Positions 49,166-60,029 of a DNA stretch of 64,000 nt are shown here, piece by piece. The notes beneath the pieces are model-generated. The model was not told the DNA's origin. It ran no database searches and worked only from the letters and a program-made list of their open reading frames with translations. The position numbers and the translations under genes were made by a program. Position 1 is the first letter of the stretch; each line of letters begins with the position of its first letter. Source of the stretch: an uncultured virus (IMG/VR IMGVR_UViG_3300025141_012032) (lineage: Duplodnaviria > Heunggongvirae > Uroviricota > Caudoviricetes); the IMG/VR virus record IMGVR_UViG_3300025141_012032. One strand, written 5' to 3'.

Positions 49166-52100
49166 AAAACTTTTCGACACAGATACCAGTAGAAACTATC
49201 TGTCAGAAACTAATACAAAAGAGGCGTTCAAAGACGTAGAATCCTCTAGAAATATGGAAGCAATTGTTGAGCATCAATCAACATATGTGCCGCATATTAA
49301 TTTTAAAAAGCCAGAAAATTTTGTAAAGTATGGCTCTGCGTATCTTTATTACAGGACTGCGATTGAATGGATTCATGATTATTATCCATATGATGGCTCA
49401 GATGCTGAGATAAACGAGTATAGAAATAAATTATTAGATATTGAAAAATATATTTTTAATAATTTGTATCCTCGCACAAATGGATTTATTACAATTGCGC
49501 ATCCGGATGATGGTGGTTGGGGCTCACTAGATGGCTCCATAACTAATGGTTATGGTCTTCCGGCAACATTAGAATACATAACATTTAAAGGAGGTCCCGG
49601 AACTGGTTCTTCACAGAATAGTCTGTTGTCCGGTTTGAGTATTAATGATTATAACAATAGGTTTACAAACTCTAATATTTATGACACTGATATTTATACA
49701 AGCGCAGGCCTTCCTTCAACATATGGATCTGGATCCCGAGAGTCCAACCTTAAAGCTAATTTTAATACAGGCGTGACAGTAGAATTCTGGATGAAGAGCG
49801 GCTCCGCTCCAAAAGAGTCTGGATATCAAGCGCCCCTAGCAAGCTTAACTGAAAAGCAAGTGGTTTTTGATTGGTGGAATAACGAAGACACTGATAGCGA
49901 GCATTATGGGCGAATACTAGTAGAGCTGACATCTTCTAGAGATGCATCGGGTCAGCCAATTTCTCCGTTTGTGATAACTGTACAATCTGGCGCCCACGGA
50001 GCTAGCTCTACAACCACAGCCGGCGGTGTTCCTGGTAGAGACTTATATTTGTTGGGAACCTCCTCTCTTCATAACAATTTTGGAGATTGGAATCATTACG
50101 CCGTAAGAATGTTTAATACGGGATCGGGCTTACATACTGAGCTATATGTCAATGGAGCTTTTAATGATAGAAATTCTCGTGCTCCGCTGTATAGTTTGTC
50201 TTCCAGCTTTACAGGCCACACTGCGTTTGGCGAGGGCACACTAAAGAAATATTCATCACAAGATAATTTACAGGGCTGGTGGAGACTTAATGAAAATTAT
50301 GCAAGTCAAAACGTGCACGACAGCGCAGGCCAAGCCCCCATGGCTGTATTAACTGCCCTAAGTAAAACTCTAGCACAAGCAGACGGAAAAATTCTTAAGA
50401 TTTATGATGTTGAAACAAATTCTGTTGAATTTGAAATTAACAAAAATAAATCCACGTCTACTGCTACCATGATAGCATATAGCATATGCGGCGCGGATGC
50501 AAATCAATTTGCTATAGAAATCGCCGCAGCAGTTAATGCTGCCAACGCAGCGGGCACACTAAACGTTACAGCCACAGCGACTTCAGAAATAGTAGCATTA
50601 AGAGCGACAACCGTAAGCGAGACAGCAATTTCTAATACTGCCGGCACCGCTATTTCAGATAGTATAATAACCGCAACACAACAATGGAAAACACGCACTG
50701 GAACTTTTGATGCATCTGGCGAGCGCCCGGCTCTGAGCACTACAAATTATCCATCTGGATATATTCAAGAAGCAACAAGATCATCAATTTTTGACGATGA
50801 CGACGACGAGCGCGTAAACGTTGGCCCTGCTAATCTTTGGAACTCAATTATTGGAGCCTCCGCTGCTAGTAATAAACAAATGTCATTTTCTGTTTGGATA
50901 AACAAATCAGGCGATGGTGGTGGTAACAATGGTCGTATTTTTGCATTTGGATCCACGGGAGTCGAATTATATACTGATGGTGATGAACAATTACATTTTG
51001 ATGTTCATTTTAGTGGGGATAATGGAGAGTGGGAGACTGCTAATAATGTAATTAAACTTAGTACTTGGCACCACGTTGTGGTTACATACGACGCAAATAA
51101 TGCCTCGCACGATCCAAAAATATATATTGACGGGATTCCCGTTACTCTCACAGAAGAGACCACACCCACAGGAGCGTTGTCTAGTTTTTATAATCCGTGT
51201 TACATTGGAAACAATAACGGCGGCTCAGGAGGATGGCAAGGATTAATGGCTGATTTTGCAGTTTGGAACTCCATTCTTTCAGAAGATGAAGTAAAAGCCA
51301 TATATAATTCACACTTTTTCCAAAACGAACATTATACATTTGACGAATTTAATGACAAAAATGCAATGGGTCGCATCGGAGCGCTTCAAAAAACTCCTAC
51401 TGGACTAAGCATTACTGCGGGAGCAGGAAAGCTGTCAGGCTCACTTGATGAGTTTAGATTTTGGAAAGTTGCGAGGACTCCGAGAGAAATTGGAACAAAC
51501 TGGTTTACACACATAAGAGGCGGTGTGAACACAGATATTTCTAACACGACTCTTGGCCTGTATTACAAATTTAACGAGGGTATAACAACCAATGCGGACA
51601 CTGACAGCATTGTTTTAGACTATAGTGGCCGAGTTAGCAACGGAATATGGACAGGTTATAGTACTAATTCAAGAGCGACCGGTTCTGCTATTGTGCTTGC
51701 ATCCGGATCTGCACACACTTCTGAATATAGGGATCCGATTGTTCGAGCTAATCACCCAGATGTCGTATCTCTTAAAACCGATTTATTAAATTCCGGATCT
51801 TGGTATGATAGGCAAAATAATTCATCAATTTTAAGTTTGTTGCCATCATGGATAGCGGAAGAAGACGAAGATTCTGGTGGCGAAGAGTTTGAATCAGATC
51901 TTAGATATGTAACACATATTGTAGGGGCATACTTTGATAAATTAAGCTTACAAATAGAAGCCCTTCCGACATTTAAGCACGATATTCACACTAGTGCTTC
52001 CTATAGCCCAATTTCATTTGCAAAGCATTTGCCGCAATCTTTAGGTCTTGCAACGCCAGAATTATTTATTGAATCAACGATTATGGAAAGATTTCTTAAT

Positions 52101-55100
52101 AGAAATTTAACTAGTTCTTTTGAGGGAGATCTAACTGAGACTAAAAATCTAATTTACATGAATTTGTATAACAACTTAACAAATATATTTAAGTCTAAAG
52201 GAACAGAAAGATCTATCAAGAATGTTTTAAGGTGCTTTAATCTTGATGACAGTCTAATAAGATTAAATGCATACGCCAATAGAACAACTTATCAACTTAA
52301 AAATAATCTTCAACAAACTCTTTTACATAAAAAAACAATAAATCTAAATGATAGTAACAACGTCGATGGCGTCATTTACCAGAAACAATATACTGGTTCT
52401 GCGTTTGCACACGCTCCGACAGATGTAGTTGCTGGAGATACAATTGGTTTTATTTCTGGTTCGCATGGTGCTGGATATAGTGCATTAAATGCCCCAAAGG
52501 GAGGCCCCGGCGCCGGGCACTATAGGGCCCTTGAAGATCCATATGGATTTACAAATGAGGCCAGCATAACGTTTCCGACTTTCTATTTGGGTTTGGATAA
52601 ATTTAATAGAGATGAGCCCAAAGTTTCTTTGTTTGGTTTATATACTGTAGCAACGGGCAGCGCCGATATTAAGAGTGGTGCCAAAACTTCTTGGATAACA
52701 AGTCTCGGAGAAGACTCGGGGCCCGATGTAGCAAACTTTCAAGTGTTTGCAGTTAGAGACCGGCCAAGTTCCAAGAATGTCAAGTTTATGCTTTCCTCTT
52801 CTAATGAGGGTCTGGATGGCGACGTTCCATTCCCAACATTAACTAGCAGCACTTTCCTTGATGTCTATAACAATACCAACTGGAATTTTTCAGTAAGATT
52901 AACACCAAGCTTAACTGGTTCTAATAAAGCTGCATATATCGTTAGCGGCTCAACTGAGGCGTTCAAGAGCGGGTTTAATACGTATGATTTAATTTTCCGG
53001 GGCTATAATAATGAAATCGGCACTACACAGAACAGCTTTTTTCTTACTGCTTCTATAAATCATGAAACCGCCACAGCGTTTTTGAATGCAGCAAAAAGAG
53101 TGTATGCAGGAGCAAGGCGTGAGAATATAACTGGTTCTGTGTTAAACTATTCAGATATTCACATCAATTCTGTAAAATATTGGACAAAATATATTGAGGA
53201 TGGAGTGCTGGAGCAGCACGCTAATGATTTTTATAACGCCGGCGTGTCTGGTTCGTACATGCGAACTTCTCCACGAGATCTTAATAGTTTTGGCCACGAT
53301 AATCTAAATTTAAATTCATTGGTATTAAATTGGGATTTTGAAAATGTAACCGGATCCGATAGTAACGGAAACTTTTTTATTACTGATATGAGTTCCGGTT
53401 CCGCCGAACTACGAGACAATCTGGGCTGGGCAGGAAACTGGGCCGGATATCAACATACAGGATATGGCCATGGCTTTAAGACTTCATCTGTTAATGTAAT
53501 TGAAAAACTTTCCGTAAACAATTATAAATTTGTAGATCCAGAAAGAGTGGTTTCGTCTGACATGATTCAAATTTTGTCAGAAGATGATATGGTATATAAT
53601 TTTGAACAGACAATTCCGGATTATTATTTTACTATTGAAAAAAGCATGTACAATGCAATATCCGAAGAAATGTTGAAATTTTTTGCTGGTGTTGTTGATT
53701 TTAATAATATTATAGGAGAACCGGTAAATAAATATCGTCATAGATACAAATCATTAGAAAAGCTAAGAGAAGCATTCTTTAGAAGGGTCGGTGAAGTTAA
53801 AAATATTGAGAAATTTGTTGATTATTATAAATGGCTCGATGATTCAATAATGACCATTATATCTCAATTGTTGCCGGCTTCTGTAAATTTTGAGAATGAT
53901 TTGTTGAACGTTGTTGAAAGTCATGTATTAGAAAGAAATAAGTATCAAACAAAATTCCCCACGGTCGAATTTAAAGAACCAGATATAGGCACAGCAATGC
54001 GAGGTGCTCATGAAAACCTATATTCGTGGAAAGACGGGCACTCCACAATACCAGAATCTCCAAGAACAACAAAAGAAAATAGATTATATTGGGACTCTAG
54101 AGCGGAACGAAGCGCGACTGAAATTTCTTCAAGCCGCTCAACTAACTCCCCAGCAGTTAATGCCGATATAGATGCTCAAAGAGAAAACTTTAAAAAAATA
54201 ATATGGTCTTCGCCCACCTTAAGTCAATCAGTGGCTTTGCACTATACTGTTGGTGGCACTCCATATCCGGCTATATCGTTTGCTAGTTCTTCTTTTGTGA
54301 AAACATACAATCTTCAGATGCCTTCTCCCGTTGCAACAGGGAGCACAATACACGCAGGTACGAATTTTACTGATAAAAAGAATATTGATTTTACTTATAA
54401 TGCTTTAAGGCCAGCTGGCCCCGTCGATAATGATGGAAGCACTTTCATACCTCGAAATGTTGTTCTTGGGTTCGCGAAAGATATAGAACCTCTCCACGAG
54501 ACACACCAGTGGGAAACCGACAAATACCCGAGAATACTTACGAAAAGATATTTAAAAACGTTGCATGGTAGAAACTTTGATTATGATGGCTTTGGTTATA
54601 CTAATGTTAGATCTTCCTTTGTGTTTCCGTTCAATATTGTTAGTTCATCTGTTGTAAGTGGATATAATAAAGCCATTGTAGATAGGGTGACAGGTGGAAT
54701 AGAGATTGTTAACCTGCATCATGATACTTATGGAGACTCTTTCGAAGTTCCAATGCAGGGACCATTCACAGATTACGCGGTTGGCGGACATCAATCTAGG
54801 CATGTTGCGGTAAATACTGGCTCTGATCAATGGTACAATCGACCTGAAGCTTGGAAGTTGTTGGTGGGCACGATTCATGGCAATCCATTTCTGCCGGATA
54901 TTACCGGTGCTATTGGTATGGTCGCGCCAGATTATCCATGGCCAGAGGCGAATGAGGAGAAATGGGATGATCCCGCTGTTCTTCCATATCCAATGACGGC
55001 CTCAAACAAAGCTTGGCTATATAGAGATTTTGTAGCTAAACGTCCAGTAAATTTTAAAAATATTAGAATTACCACAGGCTCTTCAACATTAGGAAATTAC

Positions 55101-58100
55101 ACAAGAAATTATGAAATAGTTAATGTTGTCGGAGCATATGAAAATCCCAGAGCATTTATTGAAAACCAACCTACACCGCCGACTCAGGCATTTCAACATG
55201 CAGCAACAGCTTCAACAAATGTAAGAACCATACTCGATATTAGAAGAGAGTCCGGTAGTCACTTTAAGTTCTTTGACGAATATGATACAGGATATCTCTC
55301 CGCTACTGAAAACAAGTCCGTTATAGTTTCTAGATTCGCCGCACCGGGCGGCATAGAGACGATGACTAAGGGGTACTTAGATTTAAGATCTTCGGAATAT
55401 TCAGTTTATAATTGTTTGTTAAATAGAAACCTAACATTAATTAAGCCTTCTCAGGGCCCCACCGGCACTATTTCTGAAGTATATGGTGGCGCCATCGTTA
55501 CGTCGGAGACTTATCCATCTGGCGCATCAGCGATGCGCGTATATGATATTCACGGAAAAGACTTTGGTTTGCGCTCGCATCTCGCGCGCCATAGTGCAAG
55601 ATTTGGCAGAGACTCAATGTTCGTAACGGCCGCAGGGGATCTGCCCGGCGCCGGATATGATCAGTCGCCTTCATTCCACAAAATTAATAGAAACAGGCTG
55701 ATTAGGCCGGAGATGTCTAATGACGGAGATATTTATAGCCCTAAGAGTATGACAACCGCTACAGGGTCCAAGTACGATAACTTCTATGTACAACATCCGA
55801 TTCCTAGATCTGATCTGCAGTATTCTTGGTTTACATCTTCTGTTATTATGGATGCGCAAAGATTTTATGGATATATGCCAGTATTCGGAGAACGGGCCGG
55901 CTTATATTATTCTGGTTCTTCCGACACCGAGAACTCTAGCGGCTGGGTTTCTTACTTTGATTATGTAAGTGCTAGTTCTGTAGTACCACAGCTTACACAA
56001 AGCTTGTGGCAACCAACGACAAAATTAAATATTCTAACCCATGAAGTACTTACAAGCTCAACAAATACGCTGGGATATCCTCTCACAACGCCAGGAACAG
56101 AATATTTTAATAGCGACATAGTTGATTATCACCAGATTGAAGATTTCTTCACCTCTTCTGCCGATTATCTTAATTTATTATTAACTCGCAGAAATGGAGC
56201 ATTTGGATGGACTTGGAAGAGGATGAGGATTCAAGAGCATCCAATATTGGTTCATGAGCGCCTAAACAATAAAGTTTCAAGAGCAGAAGTACAAGCCGGC
56301 GATACTATTACAAAGTATGACCTACCGCCAGTGTCTGTTAGGGGTCGACCCTTACACATAAATTTTCAATCTGACTCGCGAGTCCAAACTATTATAGCAA
56401 CACATAACAATGAAAAAATCTATTTTAATAGTACCGAATTTAATGATTTGTTTGGCTACCCAGATCAAGATACGGTTACGGCCGCCGATCAAATAATATC
56501 AGTAATAAGAGATGGTCCATTTGTTTTAAACTGGATAATGTATTGTGAAAATATTTTCCCATCTGTAAAAAATGATTTTATCTCTAAGACACGCCAGAAA
56601 ACTGATTACGATAATAAGTTTTGGAGAGATAGCAACACCGATCGTCTCGCTGTTGGAAATTTATTATCAAACTCTTTTGGCATAAACTCCCCTGCAGTAT
56701 CACAAAGTTGTTGGCCCTTAGATGCTCAAATTGATTTCTTGACAAGATCTGGTCCGCCAAATTTGGGTACCGGTGGCGATATTCAAGCCAACATACGTTC
56801 TGGTTCTGCCGGCGAGCTTCAAAATAATTATTTCTTGATTCATAGTGGTGTTGCGAGATCTAGTCCAAGTGTAAATGGGGCGCTCAAACCATCGGCGCTC
56901 TACGCTAGAAAACATTGCATGAGCACTCCAAATTCTGTTGTGGCGCCAACAGGCCCAGATATTCCAGAGACAGGAAGCGTTGAGAGAGGTCTTGAGATTT
57001 TTAACTCTGGAATCAAAACTGATGTTTTCGGAGGAGAAGCCCTGTGGGAAGCCGGCGATCAGGCGGGTATCGTAACGACTGCTCTTTCCTTGGCAACGTC
57101 TCCGTTACGCGTTTCCGAAACAACACCAAGTTTCCAAGCTTCGGCTTCGGCACCATGGTTTGATGATTATGATGACTATAACGAAGATCTATTATTGTTA
57201 GCGAGAGGGTTTTCCGTAGTACCGGAGTTTAGAATAAGTCAGCATGTCGAAGACTATGTTGTATATGGTCTATCATCTAGAAACAAAACAAATACGTTTG
57301 AAATCCCAGGAACATCCATTAATAGCTCTACAGGTTCTTTTTATGTTGATTATTCTAATTCTGAATTTTTAACTGACTTCCTTCATATTAAAAATACGTC
57401 GTTATTGGACGCGACAGAAATTAGACTAGTCTGTAGCGCCGCAATCAGGTTTAATCCATATAAGGGTTTTTATCCAGCACAAAGAACGCTTGATTTAGTT
57501 TCCCAGTTTTCTAGATCATATGGTTCGGGTCTTGATGCATCTGTTAAGGCTTCCAGCACGTTTAGGTATTCTGGTCACGATTTAATACAAAATCAAGGAG
57601 GTCTACTTAGGCCACTAATGCAGTCTTTGTGCTCTCCAGGTATTTTATACAATTCAATTAAGTCTGGTTTAGCTGTAGACTATCCTATTATAACCGATAA
57701 AGGTAAATTAAGTGCCTCTTATTATGGTTCATCCGATGGGGATGCTACTAGCAATTGGGCAATTACTGCTCGTATCCCGCCGTCTAGTACTAATTATGGA
57801 TATCACGGCGGCGAGTTTTGGGATCAAAGAATTCCTTTCGAAGCAATCTTGGCTCCCGATAAAAGCCTTGCCGGCGTGCAAATTATAGACGTCGAGCCTA
57901 ACCCGTCCTGTTCTTTAAATGCGACAGCTTCAATGGGGGGTGCTAGCGATGAACTTTATTCTATGATGGCCAGCAATTTCTTCGGCGAAGTCGGTTCGTT
58001 CTTTTTGAAGAACAACACCTTTACTAGTCTTGAATCTAACGTTATAACTGATGATCTAAGGTTTACATCAGGAAGCATATATGGCGCCAGAATTAAGCTT

Positions 58101-60029
58101 AGAAGATCAGTCTCTGGTTCTAGAGACTATAGAGGAGAATCAGGCTCAGCGGGAAGTAATTCCGGGTATGGACTGGCGGGTGCCAACGCCCGTATAGGTT
58201 CCAATTTTCTTGAATCAACCTACCCTGTACCACAGGATCCCCGACAATCTCCAATTTTTAAAGAAACTTTTACAATGTATTCGAGGCCGTCTGCTTTTGG
58301 TCCTCCCGTTGCTGGCCAGCCTGATGGAACTGGCTCGATCAATCCGGCTGTCATAAAGACCAACCCAATGGATAGTTTCTATGGCTATAACTGGTCGTTC
58401 ACGCCACCATATACAAACGGAGAAGCGTGGTGCGATCTTATTTTCACTCCGGATCCAAACAAGGCATATGATTTGGAACAGATATTATCTGAGGTTAGTG
58501 CTGCGTACTGGAGAGCAGATCCTGGCGTAAGCACGGGAAGTGCAGATTATCTCGGTTCTAATCCTGTTTTAGTTTCCTCATTCGGCACTGCCTCATTTAG
58601 CAATGCTGTCAATTACATTTATTCCGGACACAATGTAAATGCCAATGCTATGCAACTCAGCGCTAGCGTTAACCTGTTCGGTATTACAAGAGTACTGCAA
58701 CAAGAATCAGACAGCAGAGGACAGAAATTAAAGAGTACAAACATTACCGCCGGAAAGAAGTGGGTTATCCAGCCAAAATGGGAGACACCTATGTTGAATT
58801 TTAATGATGAAGGGGTTAATCCGATTACAAACGCAGCTGGAAATCTTACATTGCCCTCATTTGCATCCGGATCTGTTCCAAGGGGCATGTGGCACCAATT
58901 TGGTACGATGCCTACTTCTCCAGATATGGGCATATTTTTGGAGATTGGAGATATCCCTGCGAATTGGTTAAAATTTCATTATGATGTCATAGCGAATGAT
59001 TCAATTTATAATAAGCTAGATGCCGATACTGGAGGCTCTATATATGCAAAAATGAAATCTTTGAGCGATGTAGTAGGATTTAGCAAAACATCTTCTTCAA
59101 CGCGTTTGGGAGAATTGGCGCCAAGCAAAACAATAAAGGAGGCAGTAGTTGCGGTGCCATATATTGTCGAAAACTCTACAGCCCTCCAAAAGACCGCCAG
59201 TAGAAAAACCTCAACTAAGAAAAAGTTTATTGACATTCCTGAAATAAGAATCGATGCGGCCATGTCACCGGCCGGCACCGCTTTGGGTGATTCTCTTGAG
59301 GCTGCTGGGACTTCTATAAGAAACCTAGTGCAGAAAATGGAGAGGTATGTCCTACCGCCACAGTTTGACTTTTTGAACAATGAAGATGTTAGTCCTATTG
59401 TCATGTATATATTTGAGTTTGAATATACTCTCGATAAAGACGACTTGTCATACATTTGGCAAAATTTGGCCCCCCGAGACTCAAGAAAAATATCGTTTCA
59501 ATACCAATCTGTAGCGCACGAACTAATGGATTGGGAGCTTCTATCGGAATCCAATATTGTAGATAACGAAAATTTAAGGTGGATGGTCTTTAAAGTAAAA
59601 GAAAAATCCCAAGGCCATTATTATGATCATGTTCCGTCACAAGTTGGTCAATCGTCGACAGATATATTCAGCTTTGATGATGCATCCACTGGCTATAAAG
59701 TTGGTTTTAATTGGCCTTATGATTATTTGTCTTTTGTTGAACTAATTAAATTAGATGCAGAAGTTTTGTTTGAGCCGGCTCCTTTTGATGCTAGCACGGC
59801 CGAAAGGGAAGCAATAATTAAAGAGCCACCACCGGATCTGATTAAGGAGCCGCCACCGGATCTAGCAATCAAAGAGCCTCCGCCGGATTTTCGCAGTCGT
59901 ACCGGTCGCAACGGCACATCAATTAAAGAGCCGCCACCAGATTTCCGAGGCAACACAACAATGGGAACTATACGTACTTCCGGTATTAACAATAAAGGCG
60001 GCGGCAACAAAGGAGGCTCGGGGTACTAA
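49155..60029 (+). CDS. Giant virion protein (3624 aa) with LamG/concanavalin-like domains and gp7-like wedge segment
   Basis: TVEFW, WNHYA, WHHVVVTYD..YIDG, DEFRFW, and the NIFKSKGTERSI wedge motif. Confidence 0.8.
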   Translation: MSIKKLFDTDTSRNYLSETNTKEAFKDVESSRNMEAIVEHQSTYVPHINFKKPENFVKYGSAYLYYRTAIEWIHDYYPYDGSDAEINEYRNKLLDIEKYIFNNLYPRTNGFITIAHPDDGGWGSLDGSITNGYGLPATLEYITFKGGPGTGSSQNSLLSGLSINDYNNRFTNSNIYDTDIYTSAGLPSTYGSGSRESNLKANFNTGVTVEFWMKSGSAPKESGYQAPLASLTEKQVVFDWWNNEDTDSEHYGRILVELTSSRDASGQPISPFVITVQSGAHGASSTTTAGGVPGRDLYLLGTSSLHNNFGDWNHYAVRMFNTGSGLHTELYVNGAFNDRNSRAPLYSLSSSFTGHTAFGEGTLKKYSSQDNLQGWWRLNENYASQNVHDSAGQAPMAVLTALSKTLAQADGKILKIYDVETNSVEFEINKNKSTSTATMIAYSICGADANQFAIEIAAAVNAANAAGTLNVTATATSEIVALRATTVSETAISNTAGTAISDSIITATQQWKTRTGTFDASGERPALSTTNYPSGYIQEATRSSIFDDDDDERVNVGPANLWNSIIGASAASNKQMSFSVWINKSGDGGGNNGRIFAFGSTGVELYTDGDEQLHFDVHFSGDNGEWETANNVIKLSTWHHVVVTYDANNASHDPKIYIDGIPVTLTEETTPTGALSSFYNPCYIGNNNGGSGGWQGLMADFAVWNSILSEDEVKAIYNSHFFQNEHYTFDEFNDKNAMGRIGALQKTPTGLSITAGAGKLSGSLDEFRFWKVARTPREIGTNWFTHIRGGVNTDISNTTLGLYYKFNEGITTNADTDSIVLDYSGRVSNGIWTGYSTNSRATGSAIVLASGSAHTSEYRDPIVRANHPDVVSLKTDLLNSGSWYDRQNNSSILSLLPSWIAEEDEDSGGEEFESDLRYVTHIVGAYFDKLSLQIEALPTFKHDIHTSASYSPISFAKHLPQSLGLATPELFIESTIMERFLNRNLTSSFEGDLTETKNLIYMNLYNNLTNIFKSKGTERSIKNVLRCFNLDDSLIRLNAYANRTTYQLKNNLQQTLLHKKTINLNDSNNVDGVIYQKQYTGSAFAHAPTDVVAGDTIGFISGSHGAGYSALNAPKGGPGAGHYRALEDPYGFTNEASITFPTFYLGLDKFNRDEPKVSLFGLYTVATGSADIKSGAKTSWITSLGEDSGPDVANFQVFAVRDRPSSKNVKFMLSSSNEGLDGDVPFPTLTSSTFLDVYNNTNWNFSVRLTPSLTGSNKAAYIVSGSTEAFKSGFNTYDLIFRGYNNEIGTTQNSFFLTASINHETATAFLNAAKRVYAGARRENITGSVLNYSDIHINSVKYWTKYIEDGVLEQHANDFYNAGVSGSYMRTSPRDLNSFGHDNLNLNSLVLNWDFENVTGSDSNGNFFITDMSSGSAELRDNLGWAGNWAGYQHTGYGHGFKTSSVNVIEKLSVNNYKFVDPERVVSSDMIQILSEDDMVYNFEQTIPDYYFTIEKSMYNAISEEMLKFFAGVVDFNNIIGEPVNKYRHRYKSLEKLREAFFRRVGEVKNIEKFVDYYKWLDDSIMTIISQLLPASVNFENDLLNVVESHVLERNKYQTKFPTVEFKEPDIGTAMRGAHENLYSWKDGHSTIPESPRTTKENRLYWDSRAERSATEISSSRSTNSPAVNADIDAQRENFKKIIWSSPTLSQSVALHYTVGGTPYPAISFASSSFVKTYNLQMPSPVATGSTIHAGTNFTDKKNIDFTYNALRPAGPVDNDGSTFIPRNVVLGFAKDIEPLHETHQWETDKYPRILTKRYLKTLHGRNFDYDGFGYTNVRSSFVFPFNIVSSSVVSGYNKAIVDRVTGGIEIVNLHHDTYGDSFEVPMQGPFTDYAVGGHQSRHVAVNTGSDQWYNRPEAWKLLVGTIHGNPFLPDITGAIGMVAPDYPWPEANEEKWDDPAVLPYPMTASNKAWLYRDFVAKRPVNFKNIRITTGSSTLGNYTRNYEIVNVVGAYENPRAFIENQPTPPTQAFQHAATASTNVRTILDIRRESGSHFKFFDEYDTGYLSATENKSVIVSRFAAPGGIETMTKGYLDLRSSEYSVYNCLLNRNLTLIKPSQGPTGTISEVYGGAIVTSETYPSGASAMRVYDIHGKDFGLRSHLARHSARFGRDSMFVTAAGDLPGAGYDQSPSFHKINRNRLIRPEMSNDGDIYSPKSMTTATGSKYDNFYVQHPIPRSDLQYSWFTSSVIMDAQRFYGYMPVFGERAGLYYSGSSDTENSSGWVSYFDYVSASSVVPQLTQSLWQPTTKLNILTHEVLTSSTNTLGYPLTTPGTEYFNSDIVDYHQIEDFFTSSADYLNLLLTRRNGAFGWTWKRMRIQEHPILVHERLNNKVSRAEVQAGDTITKYDLPPVSVRGRPLHINFQSDSRVQTIIATHNNEKIYFNSTEFNDLFGYPDQDTVTAADQIISVIRDGPFVLNWIMYCENIFPSVKNDFISKTRQKTDYDNKFWRDSNTDRLAVGNLLSNSFGINSPAVSQSCWPLDAQIDFLTRSGPPNLGTGGDIQANIRSGSAGELQNNYFLIHSGVARSSPSVNGALKPSALYARKHCMSTPNSVVAPTGPDIPETGSVERGLEIFNSGIKTDVFGGEALWEAGDQAGIVTTALSLATSPLRVSETTPSFQASASAPWFDDYDDYNEDLLLLARGFSVVPEFRISQHVEDYVVYGLSSRNKTNTFEIPGTSINSSTGSFYVDYSNSEFLTDFLHIKNTSLLDATEIRLVCSAAIRFNPYKGFYPAQRTLDLVSQFSRSYGSGLDASVKASSTFRYSGHDLIQNQGGLLRPLMQSLCSPGILYNSIKSGLAVDYPIITDKGKLSASYYGSSDGDATSNWAITARIPPSSTNYGYHGGEFWDQRIPFEAILAPDKSLAGVQIIDVEPNPSCSLNATASMGGASDELYSMMASNFFGEVGSFFLKNNTFTSLESNVITDDLRFTSGSIYGARIKLRRSVSGSRDYRGESGSAGSNSGYGLAGANARIGSNFLESTYPVPQDPRQSPIFKETFTMYSRPSAFGPPVAGQPDGTGSINPAVIKTNPMDSFYGYNWSFTPPYTNGEAWCDLIFTPDPNKAYDLEQILSEVSAAYWRADPGVSTGSADYLGSNPVLVSSFGTASFSNAVNYIYSGHNVNANAMQLSASVNLFGITRVLQQESDSRGQKLKSTNITAGKKWVIQPKWETPMLNFNDEGVNPITNAAGNLTLPSFASGSVPRGMWHQFGTMPTSPDMGIFLEIGDIPANWLKFHYDVIANDSIYNKLDADTGGSIYAKMKSLSDVVGFSKTSSSTRLGELAPSKTIKEAVVAVPYIVENSTALQKTASRKTSTKKKFIDIPEIRIDAAMSPAGTALGDSLEAAGTSIRNLVQKMERYVLPPQFDFLNNEDVSPIVMYIFEFEYTLDKDDLSYIWQNLAPRDSRKISFQYQSVAHELMDWELLSESNIVDNENLRWMVFKVKEKSQGHYYDHVPSQVGQSSTDIFSFDDASTGYKVGFNWPYDYLSFVELIKLDAEVLFEPAPFDASTAEREAIIKEPPPDLIKEPPPDLAIKEPPPDFRSRTGRNGTSIKEPPPDFRGNTTMGTIRTSGINNKGGGNKGGSGY
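59817..59948 (+). repeat. Four copies of IKEPPPD peptide repeat
   Basis: attaaagagccaccaccggat / attaaggagccgccaccggat / atcaaagagcctccgccggat / attaaagagccgccaccagat. Confidence 0.9.
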
